NCBI GenBank assembly: GCA_046582655.1
Contig: JAYGDX010000210.1
Coordinates: 1-64,000 of the forward strand
DNA length: 64,000 nucleotides
Source of the DNA: Candidatus Poribacteria bacterium
Lineage (GTDB): Bacteria > Poribacteria > WGA-4E > UBA9662
Direction of reading: 5' to 3'
Shown: positions 48,626 through 58,552 of the stretch, in pieces
Layout of the letters: each line of letters starts with the position of its first letter
Numbering within the stretch: position 1 is the stretch's first letter
Made by a program: the position numbers and the translations under genes
Notes under the pieces: generated by a model
What the model was told of the DNA's origin: nothing
The model's database searches: none
The model's input: only the letters and a program-made list of their open reading frames with translations

Positions 48626-50956
48626 GTGGGAAAAAAAATAAAAGAAACTGATGTAAGTAAGTCTTCATCTTCAATTGAAATCATACAAATATGTCCCGGT
48701 TCTTACCTGTTAAAGGTTGCAGAAGCGGATATTGCTTGGGTGTTTAATCCCTGGCCTGATATTAGCAAATACCTTATCCGTAAACAGCTTGATTTTAATG
48801 GGGTTGTCTGTCCAGATTCACGAGTGCAAAATGGGGTTAGCTGCAACCTGATAGAGTTCCCGCTTCTCCATGCCATGTTTGTACAGGGAATGATTTTTCG
48901 CGGTGAAAAGCCAACCTTGGTTGGCACAGAAAAACAAATTCGTCTTGGTAAAGAGAGTTTTAAACGCGGTCTTTATGGTTTTTATGATGTTTCTGAGATG
49001 GAAAATTGCGATTTGTCTCAAACCGAGATGGAAAATTTGATGCGGGAAATTGAGAGTCTGGCAGTGGGTGGCATCAAAGAAATGGATGAGTTGATGGATT
49101 TCGTGCCTCTTATCCCTCTGGAAGAAACGCCATCGCCCAAAACAGCAACAAATTACAATGGTGTCCGAATTTGGAAAGAAGCTATTAACGTCTATGGGGT
49201 TGAGTATAAAGAAGAATCTGCTAAGATTGATTGCAATCTCGCTTCAGGGGAAAGTTATATTCCTCCGCTTGATATTGATACCAAGAATATACCATATGCA
49301 TCTTTCCAGATCATTGACACTGGTGAGGAAGATGGATTTTCACCAAAGAGTTGTTTGCATACTATCATCCAATGGCGTAACAAAATCATCTGTATAGATC
49401 TACCGATGAACTCCTCATACCTCTTGGATAAAGTAAGTCTATCAAAAAACGAGATAGACGCGGTCATATTTACCCACAACCATGATGATCATATAGGTGA
49501 CATATCCATCCTGCTCCAGATGGATAAGAAAGTTACAGTCCTTTGTCCCAAGATTATCTGGAAGTCAATTCTATTGAAAGCATCAAATATGCTTGATATG
49601 AGCATTGAGGATCTAAGCACCTATTTCGATTATCGCCCCATTCTATACGGCGAAGAATATGATTACGTAGGACTGCGCATTTTAGCTCATCCATCACTTC
49701 ATCCTGTGCCGTGCGCCATCTATCGTATTCGTGGAATCGTGGATCAAGAATGGAAGGTTTACGGTCACATGAGCGATATCCTAAACTTTAAAAGGTGCGG
49801 AAAACTGCTTGAAGACGGAAGTATCACGCAGGAACGTTATCAAGCATATCGCGATTTTGTCCTTGACTCGGCACAAGTAAAGAAAATTGATGTTGGTGCT
49901 AGGACTGGGACAGAAGACGTTGCCGTTCATGGGGCTTGGAGAGATTTTTTGGATGATACCTCGGAGCATATTGTACTTGCCCATATCAATCGAGAACATT
50001 TAGAGGAAGAGGCTACAGTTCTCGTTGGGCAGGTTGCCTTTGCCGGATCAGCTAGGAACCTGAGTGGCAATAAGACGAGCAGCCTGCGCACAACTCATGA
50101 TATATCCCGTCAACGATCGATCAATTTTCTTCGTGATTATATGTGTAATTTGCTTGAAGATAGTTTTTTTACCGATTCAATTCGAGAAGAGCAGTTGCAG
50201 GCGTACATCGAAATTCTAGCTGATAACGAGATTCGGTCGATTCAACCCCAAACCCCATTTCTGAAAAGGGGTGAAAAATCTGACTTTGCCTGTATGTTAA
50301 TCAGCGGCTCAGCTAGTGTCTGGATAGAGGAGAACGGTAGTTTAAAGCAAATAACTGTAGCTGGGGCAGGTGATCTTATTGGTGACATCGGTGTACTTGA
50401 GGTTAAACCTAGGAATGCTAACGTAAGGTCCGAAAATTATGTTCATGCGCTTCAAATCCCAGCCACCCTTTTTCGAGAGGTTGCTGTTCTGTTTGAGATT
50501 TATAACCCAAATGGTGGCGGAGTATTGCAGCGAATATGGCAGAACCGGCCGATTATCCAGGCTTCAGCTATCTTTGGTCAAAACGTTCCATTCCGTTTTC
50601 AAAATAAAGTTGCGCAGTATGCAACCAAAGTTTCTTTAGATCAAGGCCAGTGTTTCTTCCCAGATAATGATGGCACGAAATCAATCTATCTGGGGAAATC
50701 GCCGGAACACTTCTCACTCAGGTTCAACGATCACGAGGTCTCTGATATCATCGAACCAATCTTTGGTGAAAACAACTTACTCACTCACGGAGTTATCGAA
50801 TACCAAGTTGTGGCAAACCGAAAAACAACCGTTCTTAAAGTTGAACTGGGGTCTAACCTAGACTGGATAATGGATGTGCCCTTATTCAAATTACGTTTGA
50901 CAGAGTTAGCTAGTCGGCGTAAAATTGAGTTGGAACGCACCGTACGCCCCAGATGA
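48626..50956 (+). CDS. metallo-beta-lactamase-fold hydrolase with C-terminal cyclic-nucleotide-binding domains
   Basis: THNHDDH, HPV, SD, H; cNMP domain GDLIGDIG...PRNANV; a second, degenerate cNMP domain (IFGE). Confidence 0.82.
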   Translation: MGKKIKETDVSKSSSSIEIIQICPGSYLLKVAEADIAWVFNPWPDISKYLIRKQLDFNGVVCPDSRVQNGVSCNLIEFPLLHAMFVQGMIFRGEKPTLVGTEKQIRLGKESFKRGLYGFYDVSEMENCDLSQTEMENLMREIESLAVGGIKEMDELMDFVPLIPLEETPSPKTATNYNGVRIWKEAINVYGVEYKEESAKIDCNLASGESYIPPLDIDTKNIPYASFQIIDTGEEDGFSPKSCLHTIIQWRNKIICIDLPMNSSYLLDKVSLSKNEIDAVIFTHNHDDHIGDISILLQMDKKVTVLCPKIIWKSILLKASNMLDMSIEDLSTYFDYRPILYGEEYDYVGLRILAHPSLHPVPCAIYRIRGIVDQEWKVYGHMSDILNFKRCGKLLEDGSITQERYQAYRDFVLDSAQVKKIDVGARTGTEDVAVHGAWRDFLDDTSEHIVLAHINREHLEEEATVLVGQVAFAGSARNLSGNKTSSLRTTHDISRQRSINFLRDYMCNLLEDSFFTDSIREEQLQAYIEILADNEIRSIQPQTPFLKRGEKSDFACMLISGSASVWIEENGSLKQITVAGAGDLIGDIGVLEVKPRNANVRSENYVHALQIPATLFREVAVLFEIYNPNGGGVLQRIWQNRPIIQASAIFGQNVPFRFQNKVAQYATKVSLDQGQCFFPDNDGTKSIYLGKSPEHFSLRFNDHEVSDIIEPIFGENNLLTHGVIEYQVVANRKTTVLKVELGSNLDWIMDVPLFKLRLTELASRRKIELERTVRPR

Positions 50957-50966
50957 AAGTAGTTAA

Positions 50967-52220
50967 TCAATTTTCTTCAGCATTTACTATCGTTTGTCCC
51001 GCTACCGATAGTGCACGCGCACCGATGCCAAGCACGGCCAGAAACCCTTCAGAATCAACGTGGTTGAAATCCCCAATTGCTTCCATTGAAGCGGTTTTCT
51101 CCGAATAAAGTGAGTGAGGGCTTCCTGTTGCTGAATGAAATGAAACGTTGCCCTTATAAAGCGAGACGGTAATTTCCCCGGATGCCAGCTTTGTAAACGG
51201 TTCGATTGATCCAAGTAGTGATTGCGTCACTGGGGCGAACCAATAACCTTCATAAACCTGTTCTGCGATTTGCTTTGATACCTGATCAAAGACACGCCTT
51301 GCACGCCGATCAAGTACCAATTGTAGCAGATATTCGTAACACTTGCCAATCAGTTCCATCCCAGGCGATTCGTAGACACCTCGGCTCTTTATGCCGACAA
51401 AACGGTTCTCTACCACATGGGTTCCAATTCCTACTGCGTTGCGTCCCCCAATACGATTCGCCTGATCTATAGCAGCCAGTGGTGTTACTGGGCTTCCGTT
51501 GACCTCTATAGGAATCCCCTGGTCAAAAGAAACGGTAAAATATTCAACATCCTCAGGAGCATCCTGCGGATGAAATCCCATACCTGGGGTAATAAAACTT
51601 GCTGGCGTTTCGAGCGATTCTAATCGACCTGCCTCATGTGTCAAGCCGAGTAGATTGGCATCAGTTGAATAAGGTTTTTCATGTGTGGCGGTTATTGGTA
51701 GACCATTCTGTTGACAAAAGTTGATCATTTCTCTGCGTCCGCCGAAGCGATCAAGGAATTTTTGATCGCGCCATGGTGCGTATACCTGAATGTTTGGGTT
51801 AAGCATATTGGTGGCTAGTTGAAAACGTACCTGATCGTTACCTCGTCCTGTTGATCCATGAGATAGGATGTTAATTTGGCGTTTCCGCAACTCAGGCAAA
51901 ATTGCTTGAACCGTGATGTGTCGGGCTATTCCAGTCGTGTTCCAGTACCCACCTTCATATTTCGACTGTGTTTGGATTAGTTTGAGTCCTGCTTCGGCAA
52001 GCGCATCTTTAGCATCGACAATAACTGCTTCATCTGCGCCTGATGCAAGCATTCGGTGGCGAACATCGTTTATGTCCTTTTCATCTGGTTGGGCTAAATC
52101 GGCACTGAAACAAACAACTTTGACCCCATTATTGACCAACCACCGCGTCATCGTGCAACTGTCAAGCCCTCCTGAAACGGCAGCGCCAATTGTCTTCCCC
52201 TTCAGCTGATCAATGTTCAA
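50967..52220 (-). CDS. argG: argininosuccinate synthase
   Basis: SGGLDS, HGSTGRGNDQVRF, YSTDANL, ENRFVGIKSRGVYESPG. Confidence 0.96.
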   Translation of the reverse strand: MNIDQLKGKTIGAAVSGGLDSCTMTRWLVNNGVKVVCFSADLAQPDEKDINDVRHRMLASGADEAVIVDAKDALAEAGLKLIQTQSKYEGGYWNTTGIARHITVQAILPELRKRQINILSHGSTGRGNDQVRFQLATNMLNPNIQVYAPWRDQKFLDRFGGRREMINFCQQNGLPITATHEKPYSTDANLLGLTHEAGRLESLETPASFITPGMGFHPQDAPEDVEYFTVSFDQGIPIEVNGSPVTPLAAIDQANRIGGRNAVGIGTHVVENRFVGIKSRGVYESPGMELIGKCYEYLLQLVLDRRARRVFDQVSKQIAEQVYEGYWFAPVTQSLLGSIEPFTKLASGEITVSLYKGNVSFHSATGSPHSLYSEKTASMEAIGDFNHVDSEGFLAVLGIGARALSVAGQTIVNAEEN

Positions 52221-52336
52221 AATGATTATTCCTTTCCGGCAGATAAAGATCTGGATCTTTAGGTGATTCTAAACTTAGGCGTGGTTTCTGGTAGATAGAA
52301 AATAACTGTTCTCAGAGTAGAATGCGACGATGGGCG

Positions 52337-52365
52337 ATTTTATCGCTAATATTTGGACTTGTCAA
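52337..52365 (-). promoter_or_regulatory. consensus-like sigma70 promoter of argG
   Basis: TTGACA-N17-TAAAAT; palindrome GCGAT-TTT-ATCGC over the -10. Confidence 0.75.
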
Positions 52366-52394
52366 GAGGAAACAAGGACAAGATTCTTTAATAC

Positions 52395-52423
52395 TTGCAG
52401 GCACAGTTAGCGTGTGTTAAAAT
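52395..52423 (+). promoter_or_regulatory. sigma70 promoter of the HNH-rnpA-yidC operon
   Basis: TTGCAG-N17-TAAAAT with TG extension. Confidence 0.65.
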
Positions 52424-52477
52424 AAAAAAATGTATACTTTGAATTGATCATGAGCTGTTTTCCTCAAGGAATAATTG

Positions 52478-52639
52478 GTGGGAGGGAGTGTGCTGGTACT
52501 AAACGCCAGTTATGAACCGATTAACATCTGCAACTTGAAGTGAGCAATGAGGATATTAGTGGAAGGGAGTGTGCTGGTACTAAACGCCAGTTATGAACCG
52601 ATTAACATCTGCAACTTGAAGCGAGCGATGAAGATGATA
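52478..52639 (+). repeat. 81-bp in-frame tandem duplication of the HNH gene 5' end
   Basis: Copies start at GTG 52478 and GTG 52559 and share an identical core of about 58 bp. Confidence 0.95.
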
Positions 52640-53068
52640 GTCAAAGGTGTTGCTCGTGCTGAAGAAACATCGGATCGGCAGATTCGATCGGTTGCTACGG
52701 TGATTCAAGTTCCTCTTGTCATTCGGCTCGTTCGATATGTAAGGATCCCTCACATTATGGTGAAATTCTCGCGACGAAATGTTTTCATGCGTGATCAGTA
52801 TGCCTGCCAATATACAGGTGAGGTTTATCCAAAGCATTTGCTGACTATCGACCATGTTATCCCGCGATCTCGAGGTGGCATGACAACGTGGGGTAATGTA
52901 GTAACTGCGTGCAGCAAATGCAATACCAAAAAGGGTAACAGGACGCCTGGCGAAGCGAATATGATGCTCATCCGTAAACCGAAGTCTCCAACAATCATTA
53001 CCTACATGCACATGAGCTACCAATTTCGTCATGATCCGTCTTGGAAAAAATACCTCTACCTTAACTAA
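52547..53068 (+). CDS. HNH endonuclease (McrA-like HNH_5 type)
   Basis: VLVLNASYEP, RRNVFMRD..CQYTG, DHVIPRSRGG, NVVTACSKCNTKK. Confidence 0.9.
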   Translation: MRILVEGSVLVLNASYEPINICNLKRAMKMIVKGVARAEETSDRQIRSVATVIQVPLVIRLVRYVRIPHIMVKFSRRNVFMRDQYACQYTGEVYPKHLLTIDHVIPRSRGGMTTWGNVVTACSKCNTKKGNRTPGEANMMLIRKPKSPTIITYMHMSYQFRHDPSWKKYLYLN

Positions 53069-53738
53069 GTCAGTTCCAGCCTTTATCTTCGTAGTTCTCG
53101 GAATTAACATTTCATCTTTCTTTCCACTTTCGTGTAGCTATACACCTCCAAAAAACTATTACATTGAATTTGCTCTGATGGAAGAATGGGGTGAACATAA
53201 CCGGCAACAAAGTAATCGGAAAATAGGTGATGTCGTTGTTCATCCAGAGAAATCGGAGCCGCGCGCTATTGCTTTTGAGGTAGGTCATCCCCCCCAGGGG
53301 TTTATCAGATTCATACCTGTTGCAGAAGAATCTCAGATTATTTCCGAAGCGCCACCTCCGGCAAAAAAACCAAAAGTTGCCATCGCGATTCAAGATAAAG
53401 CACTGGAGACGGTTTTTCGCCAGGAACAGATCAATATGGTTCACTACCGGGCAAAAAACGGTCGGCTTAAAGAGAAAGCAAACGTGGTTCAGATTAATTT
53501 CGTGCCAGCATCTTTCTCAGATCGCGCAATTTATGCAGAATTTTTAATGATTACTGCTATAGTCCACGGAGTGCAACTTGAAAAAGATACAGTTGACGTT
53601 GTCAAGTGTGTGGCCGAAGACGATGATGGATCACCGATCATGAGTTTGGAAGGTAATATTTCGACCTATCTCAAGTATCGGGAAGCGGAGATAGGGAAGA
53701 AAGAATGGGAAAACCAATTGCAGATTGTTAAGTATTGA
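53031..53738 (+). CDS. hypothetical protein, possible lipoprotein
   Basis: Hydrophobic leader ending PLSC; fills the gap to rnpA. Confidence 0.6.
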   Translation: MIRLGKNTSTLTKSVPAFIFVVLGINISSFFPLSCSYTPPKNYYIEFALMEEWGEHNRQQSNRKIGDVVVHPEKSEPRAIAFEVGHPPQGFIRFIPVAEESQIISEAPPPAKKPKVAIAIQDKALETVFRQEQINMVHYRAKNGRLKEKANVVQINFVPASFSDRAIYAEFLMITAIVHGVQLEKDTVDVVKCVAEDDDGSPIMSLEGNISTYLKYREAEIGKKEWENQLQIVKY

Positions 53739-53739
53739 A

Positions 53740-54081
53740 ATGAGGCATCATCCAGAAAAACTCAGGTACAATTGGGAATTTCAAAACGGTTATCAAAATG
53801 GCAGAAAATGTTGGAACCGTTTTTTTGTGATCTATGTTTTACCAAACAGATTCAATTCAGTTAGGCTTGGTATCACTGTAAGTAAAAGGACTGGTGGGAG
53901 CGTGCAGCGAAATCGAATTAAACGTTTGGTTCGTGAATCATTCCGGTTTATCAAGTGCAAACTGAAGAGAGGTTATGATATTATTGTTATTGGGCGGAAA
54001 CCGGCGATTCAACTTAAGTGTCAACAAGCACAGTCAGAACTCACATATCTTTTCCGCAGAGCAAGACTTTTTATAAAATGA
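53740..54081 (+). CDS. rnpA: ribonuclease P protein component
   Basis: [23 protein letters not shown]. Confidence 0.93.
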   Translation: MRHHPEKLRYNWEFQNGYQNGRKCWNRFFVIYVLPNRFNSVRLGITVSKRTGGSVQRNRIKRLVRESFRFIKCKLKRGYDIIVIGRKPAIQLKCQQAQSELTYLFRRARLFIK

Positions 54082-54296
54082 GATCCGTAAAGTTTATACC
54101 AATTATACCCATTAAACTCTATCAAATCCTGATTTCGCCTCTTTTCCCCCCAGTTTGTCGGTTTTGTCCAACATGCTCGCAATATGCAATTCAGGCTTTT
54201 GCTAAGTACGGCATTTTTAAAGGAGGATGGATCTCACTGAAAAGGCTATGTAGATGTCATCCATACCATCGGGGCGGCTACGACCCTTTGGTATGA
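54078..54296 (+). CDS. yidD: membrane protein insertion efficiency factor
   Basis: [27 protein letters not shown] overlap with rnpA. Confidence 0.95.
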   Translation: MRSVKFIPIIPIKLYQILISPLFPPVCRFCPTCSQYAIQAFAKYGIFKGGWISLKRLCRCHPYHRGGYDPLV

Positions 54297-54362
54297 TCCT
54301 CCGTAGTATCCCTTTTCCCTCATACATCGAATCCACGATATTTTAAGGACCTAATAAATTAA

Positions 54363-56201
54363 ATGGAAAAGAACCATATTTTATTTTTTGTCATATCAGC
54401 CTTCATCATGATTGTGTATTATTTTTTTATTGCCCCTATTATTCTTCCCAATCAGCAAGAGAAAAGAAAACAAGCGGAAAGAAAAACTGTAGTTGATAAG
54501 TCGTCATCAACACCTAAAATGACAAATGAGGAATTCAAGTCACCTGATGATATAGTAACGGAAGGTGAAAAAGTGTCATCAACCCATACAGAAAAGAGTC
54601 TAGGACTAGCAGCTAGCAAGAGTGCCACAATTGGAGTAGAGACAGAAAAGTATAAAATCCGTTTGGCGACAACCTTAGCAGTTCCATTAGAATGGTCACT
54701 CAAGGATTATCCCGATCGATCAAAAGACCAGCAAGAACCGTTGAACTTGATACCCCGAACAACCGTTACATGCCTTTCAATCCAGCCTCTCGATAACAAT
54801 ATGAAGTTAGACTGGATTGAGTCAAATTGGGCTGTCAAGGGTGATTTCTCTGACATAAAGCTAACCCCCAGAAATTCAAAGCAAAGCTTAACTTTCTACA
54901 GGGACGTTGGTGACGTCTTAAGAGTTTTTAAGAAATTCACTTTTTATTACGATAGATATTTTGTCGATCTAGATCTAAGTTTTGAAAACCTTTCAGATAA
55001 TGTGCTGACAACTCCACTAGATGAAAGTGGTTATGAGCTCAAGTGGGGGCCCGGCATCAGCGCAGATTTATTGCCGCATGAGGTGAAATCTGGTGCGATT
55101 AGTCGATACGGGAAAAAAGGTGTTTTCGCCTATACTGGTGAAGGCAATTTGAAAGAAAAACTTGAAGAGTCCGAGGAATCAGCAAGCATTAAATGGGTGG
55201 GTATTACGAACAAGTACTTTGCCGTACTAATGCTACCTGACCCAAAGCTTGAAGCGGAGTACAAGCGTGAAGTCAGTGGAGAGGAAACTTCAAAAGGTGT
55301 TGTTGCGCCGAACGCATCTGCAGTTTTAAAGATAAAACCGAAAGGTAAACAAACAAACCTCTTTCGTATCTACGTTGGCCCCAAAATAGAAAAAATTTTG
55401 AAGCAGGTTGAGTACCGCAGCACAGGTTTTGACAAGCCGTATCCTTCTCCATTACTTCATAAAATTGTTGATTTTGGGTGGCTCTTTTTTCTTGTGTGGC
55501 CAATGCTGTGGGTTCTGAACGGTTGCTACAACATTTTCGGTAACTATGGTATCGCCATTATCCTGTTGACTGTCATTATGAAGATAATTTTATTTCCACT
55601 TACACGAAAAAGTTATCAATCCATGAAAGATATGCAAAGATTACAGCCGGAAATTGCTGAACTCCGCGAAAAATATCGGGATGATCCGCAAAAGCTTAAT
55701 CAGGCAACAATGTTACTTTATAAGAGACACAAAGTAAATCCTTTCGGAGGCTGTCTCCCTATGCTTCCACAAATGCCAATGTTTTTTGCTATCTTCTCAC
55801 TACTTGGTAGTGCAGTTGAGTTACGTGGCCAACCGTTTTTTCTGTGGATAGATGACCTGACTGCTCCTGATGAATTTCTTCTTCTTCCTTTTACCCTCCC
55901 CTTTCTTGGGAATTCGCTTCGTATTCTTCCTATCATTAATGCCGTAGCTACTTGGTTTTCGTCGAAGATGACCGGAACAGCACCTGCTGCCGATAATACA
56001 CAAGCCAAGATGATGCAGTATTTGCCTTTTATATTTGTATTCATGTTTTATAATTGGGCATCCGGGTTTGTGCTTTACTGGTTGGCTCAGAGTGTCTTTA
56101 CAATTGGACAGAACTTGGTAACCAAGAAGATGGTAAAAGACGAGATTCAAGAGAATGAGCCGGAAGTTCCAAAACAGAAGCGATCAAAATTAAACAAGTG
56201 A
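54363..56201 (+). CDS. yidC: membrane protein insertase
   Basis: NYGIAIILLT, LQPEI, NPFGGCLP, ELRGQPF, GFVLYW. Confidence 0.96.
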   Translation: MEKNHILFFVISAFIMIVYYFFIAPIILPNQQEKRKQAERKTVVDKSSSTPKMTNEEFKSPDDIVTEGEKVSSTHTEKSLGLAASKSATIGVETEKYKIRLATTLAVPLEWSLKDYPDRSKDQQEPLNLIPRTTVTCLSIQPLDNNMKLDWIESNWAVKGDFSDIKLTPRNSKQSLTFYRDVGDVLRVFKKFTFYYDRYFVDLDLSFENLSDNVLTTPLDESGYELKWGPGISADLLPHEVKSGAISRYGKKGVFAYTGEGNLKEKLEESEESASIKWVGITNKYFAVLMLPDPKLEAEYKREVSGEETSKGVVAPNASAVLKIKPKGKQTNLFRIYVGPKIEKILKQVEYRSTGFDKPYPSPLLHKIVDFGWLFFLVWPMLWVLNGCYNIFGNYGIAIILLTVIMKIILFPLTRKSYQSMKDMQRLQPEIAELREKYRDDPQKLNQATMLLYKRHKVNPFGGCLPMLPQMPMFFAIFSLLGSAVELRGQPFFLWIDDLTAPDEFLLLPFTLPFLGNSLRILPIINAVATWFSSKMTGTAPAADNTQAKMMQYLPFIFVFMFYNWASGFVLYWLAQSVFTIGQNLVTKKMVKDEIQENEPEVPKQKRSKLNK

Positions 56202-57589
56202 TTCCCTCAGATACGATATCAGCCATCGCAACACCGAACGGTGAGAGTGGAATCGGTATTGTCCGTCTCAGTGGACCACTGGCGATTCCGATTTTAGCCG
56301 AGCTCTTTCGTTCGTCCCGTCAGATCTCCGATCTCAAGTCTTACACTATTAACCATGGTCAAGTCATTGACCCAGAATCGAATGAGGTCATTGATGAAGT
56401 CCTACTCAGTATTTTTCGGGCGCCAAAATCTTATACCACTGAAGATATGGTCGAATTTAATTGTCACGGTGGTAGCGTAATACTTAAGCGTGTTCTTGAG
56501 TTGACACTGGAACATGGGGCGCGAATTGCTGAACCGGGGGAATTTACCAAGCGCGCTTTTCTGAATGGTCGGATAGATCTCGCACAAGCGGAAGCTGTCA
56601 TAGATTTGATTCAAGCCAAAAGTGATATTGCCCGTCAGATGGCGGTGGATCAACTGAGTGGGAAATTGTCTCAGACTATCAAAAGTATCAATGATCAGGT
56701 TATAGGGTTACTGGCAGAGACAGAGGCCATGATTGATTTTCCTGACGAAGATCTTGATTTTATGGATTTCAGCGCAATTCTGAAATCAGCGAAAGAGATC
56801 CAATTGGCATTGAATCAGTTGATCACCACAGCCAATGATGGTCGGATCATGCGTGAAGGAATCAGTTGCGCTATTTTAGGTAAACCTAATGTTGGCAAAT
56901 CAAGTTTGCTGAACGCTTTATTAGAGATAGATCGTGCTATTGTAACTGATATTCCTGGTACGACACGTGACACAATCGAAGAATCAGTCAGTATTAGTGG
57001 GATTCCGTTGAATCTGATCGATACGGCTGGTATTCGTGAAACAGATAACCTGATTGAGCAACACGGTGTTGAACGGAGCAAGTCTGTCTTGGCTAAAGCG
57101 GATCTCCTCTTGATCATGATTTCTGCTGCCGAGCCAATGGATGATTCGGATATTGATTTGCTCCATCGTGCGGTCGACCGCAAAGCGGTGATTATTCTCA
57201 ACAAGATAGATTTACCTATGCAGACGCTTCCTGTTCAAGTAAAAGAGCAGGTTCAGAACAAACAGGTCATCGAAACATCTATCTTATGTGGCAAGGGCAT
57301 CGAGAACCTCAAGTCGGCAATTCTGACAGAGGTATTGGTTAGTCATGAAGTGGAAGATCTAAGAACATCGGCATCGACAATCATCACAAATGTCCGACAT
57401 TACGATGCTTTACGACGGGCAAAATCTGATCTTGATTGTGCCATCGAAAGCTTGGGTCAACAGCAATCACCCGAATTCGTTGCTCTTGACTTGCGTGGAT
57501 GCTTGGATCAGCTTGGCGAAATTGTCGGTAAGACGACAAATGAAGACATTTTAGGGCGTATCTTCTCGCAATTTTGCGTTGGGAAATAA
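56198..57589 (+). CDS. mnmE: tRNA modification GTPase
   Basis: DTISAIAT, GKPNVGKSS, GTTRD, DTAG, NKID, FCVGK. Confidence 0.97.
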   Translation: MIPSDTISAIATPNGESGIGIVRLSGPLAIPILAELFRSSRQISDLKSYTINHGQVIDPESNEVIDEVLLSIFRAPKSYTTEDMVEFNCHGGSVILKRVLELTLEHGARIAEPGEFTKRAFLNGRIDLAQAEAVIDLIQAKSDIARQMAVDQLSGKLSQTIKSINDQVIGLLAETEAMIDFPDEDLDFMDFSAILKSAKEIQLALNQLITTANDGRIMREGISCAILGKPNVGKSSLLNALLEIDRAIVTDIPGTTRDTIEESVSISGIPLNLIDTAGIRETDNLIEQHGVERSKSVLAKADLLLIMISAAEPMDDSDIDLLHRAVDRKAVIILNKIDLPMQTLPVQVKEQVQNKQVIETSILCGKGIENLKSAILTEVLVSHEVEDLRTSASTIITNVRHYDALRRAKSDLDCAIESLGQQQSPEFVALDLRGCLDQLGEIVGKTTNEDILGRIFSQFCVGK

Positions 57590-57631
57590 CTTGATTCCGA
57601 CCGTTTATTAAAATGGGAGCATTATAATAAT

Positions 57632-58462
57632 ATGGATTTTGTGTACCGTAGAAACTATAGAGGTAAACTTAAAGCAGTGATTTTGGACTGGGCTGGCACC
57701 ACTATGGATTATGGATGCTACGCACCAGCTGTTGTCTTCGTTGAGGTTTATAAACGAAAAGGGGTACCTATTTCAATGGAAGAAGCGCGTGTCCCAATGG
57801 GTGCGCATAAGAAAGTACATATTCGCAAGATTTCACAGATAGATTCAGTCTCAGAACGCTGGAAAGAAATGCATGGACGAAAACCGAATGAAAATGACGT
57901 TGATGAGATGTTCGCAGATTTTGTGCCGCTACAGCTGGCTTGTTTGGCGGACTATACAGACTTGATTCCAGGTACGATTGAAGCTATCACACATTTTCGG
58001 AAACGCGGTTTGAAGATAGGATCTACAACGGGATACCTACCAGAAATGATGACAATGCTCAAGGAAGAAGCAAGCCAACGCGGCTACGTACCAGATTCGT
58101 CGGTGTGTGCTGGTGATGTCCCTGCTGGGCGTCCCGAACCGTGGATGTGTCTTGAAAATGCTAAGAATCTGGGTGTATATCCGATGGAATCTATTGTCAA
58201 AGTGGATGATACACTTCCCGGCATTGATGAAGGGTTGAACGCAGGTATGTGGTCAATAGGTCTTGCCAAAACGGGTAATGAAATCGGATTGAACCAAGAA
58301 GAAATTGAGGCGCTACCCCCTGATGAACTTCAAGCCAAGCTGGAGGGCGCTTATCAGCGGATGTGGCAAGTGGGCGCTCATTATGTAGTTGACGGGATTT
58401 GGGATGTTCCGCCAGTTTTAGATTTGATCAACGAACGTCTCTCACGTGGTGAACGTCCCTGA
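57632..58462 (+). CDS. phnX: phosphonoacetaldehyde hydrolase (phosphonatase)
   Basis: DWAGTTMDYG, Schiff-base Lys region MGAHKKVHIR, GRPEPWM, KVDDT..GI.EG.NAG. Confidence 0.93.
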   Translation: MDFVYRRNYRGKLKAVILDWAGTTMDYGCYAPAVVFVEVYKRKGVPISMEEARVPMGAHKKVHIRKISQIDSVSERWKEMHGRKPNENDVDEMFADFVPLQLACLADYTDLIPGTIEAITHFRKRGLKIGSTTGYLPEMMTMLKEEASQRGYVPDSSVCAGDVPAGRPEPWMCLENAKNLGVYPMESIVKVDDTLPGIDEGLNAGMWSIGLAKTGNEIGLNQEEIEALPPDELQAKLEGAYQRMWQVGAHYVVDGIWDVPPVLDLINERLSRGERP

Positions 58463-58552
58463 CGCATTTTCATTACATAACTCAACTGTCGAGTATTTGA
58501 CCTCACTAGTCTTTATTCTTTACCTCGACATTATCGGACACAACAGTAAGCG

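Noticed and set aside
52541..52543. Selenocysteine TGA in the HNH leader
   Set aside because: It aligns to an Arg CGA codon in the second copy, not to Cys.
52478..52639. DGR template/variable repeat pair or CRISPR array
   Set aside because: Only two adjacent copies, mismatches are not adenine-specific, and there is no reverse transcriptase, spacer or cas gene.
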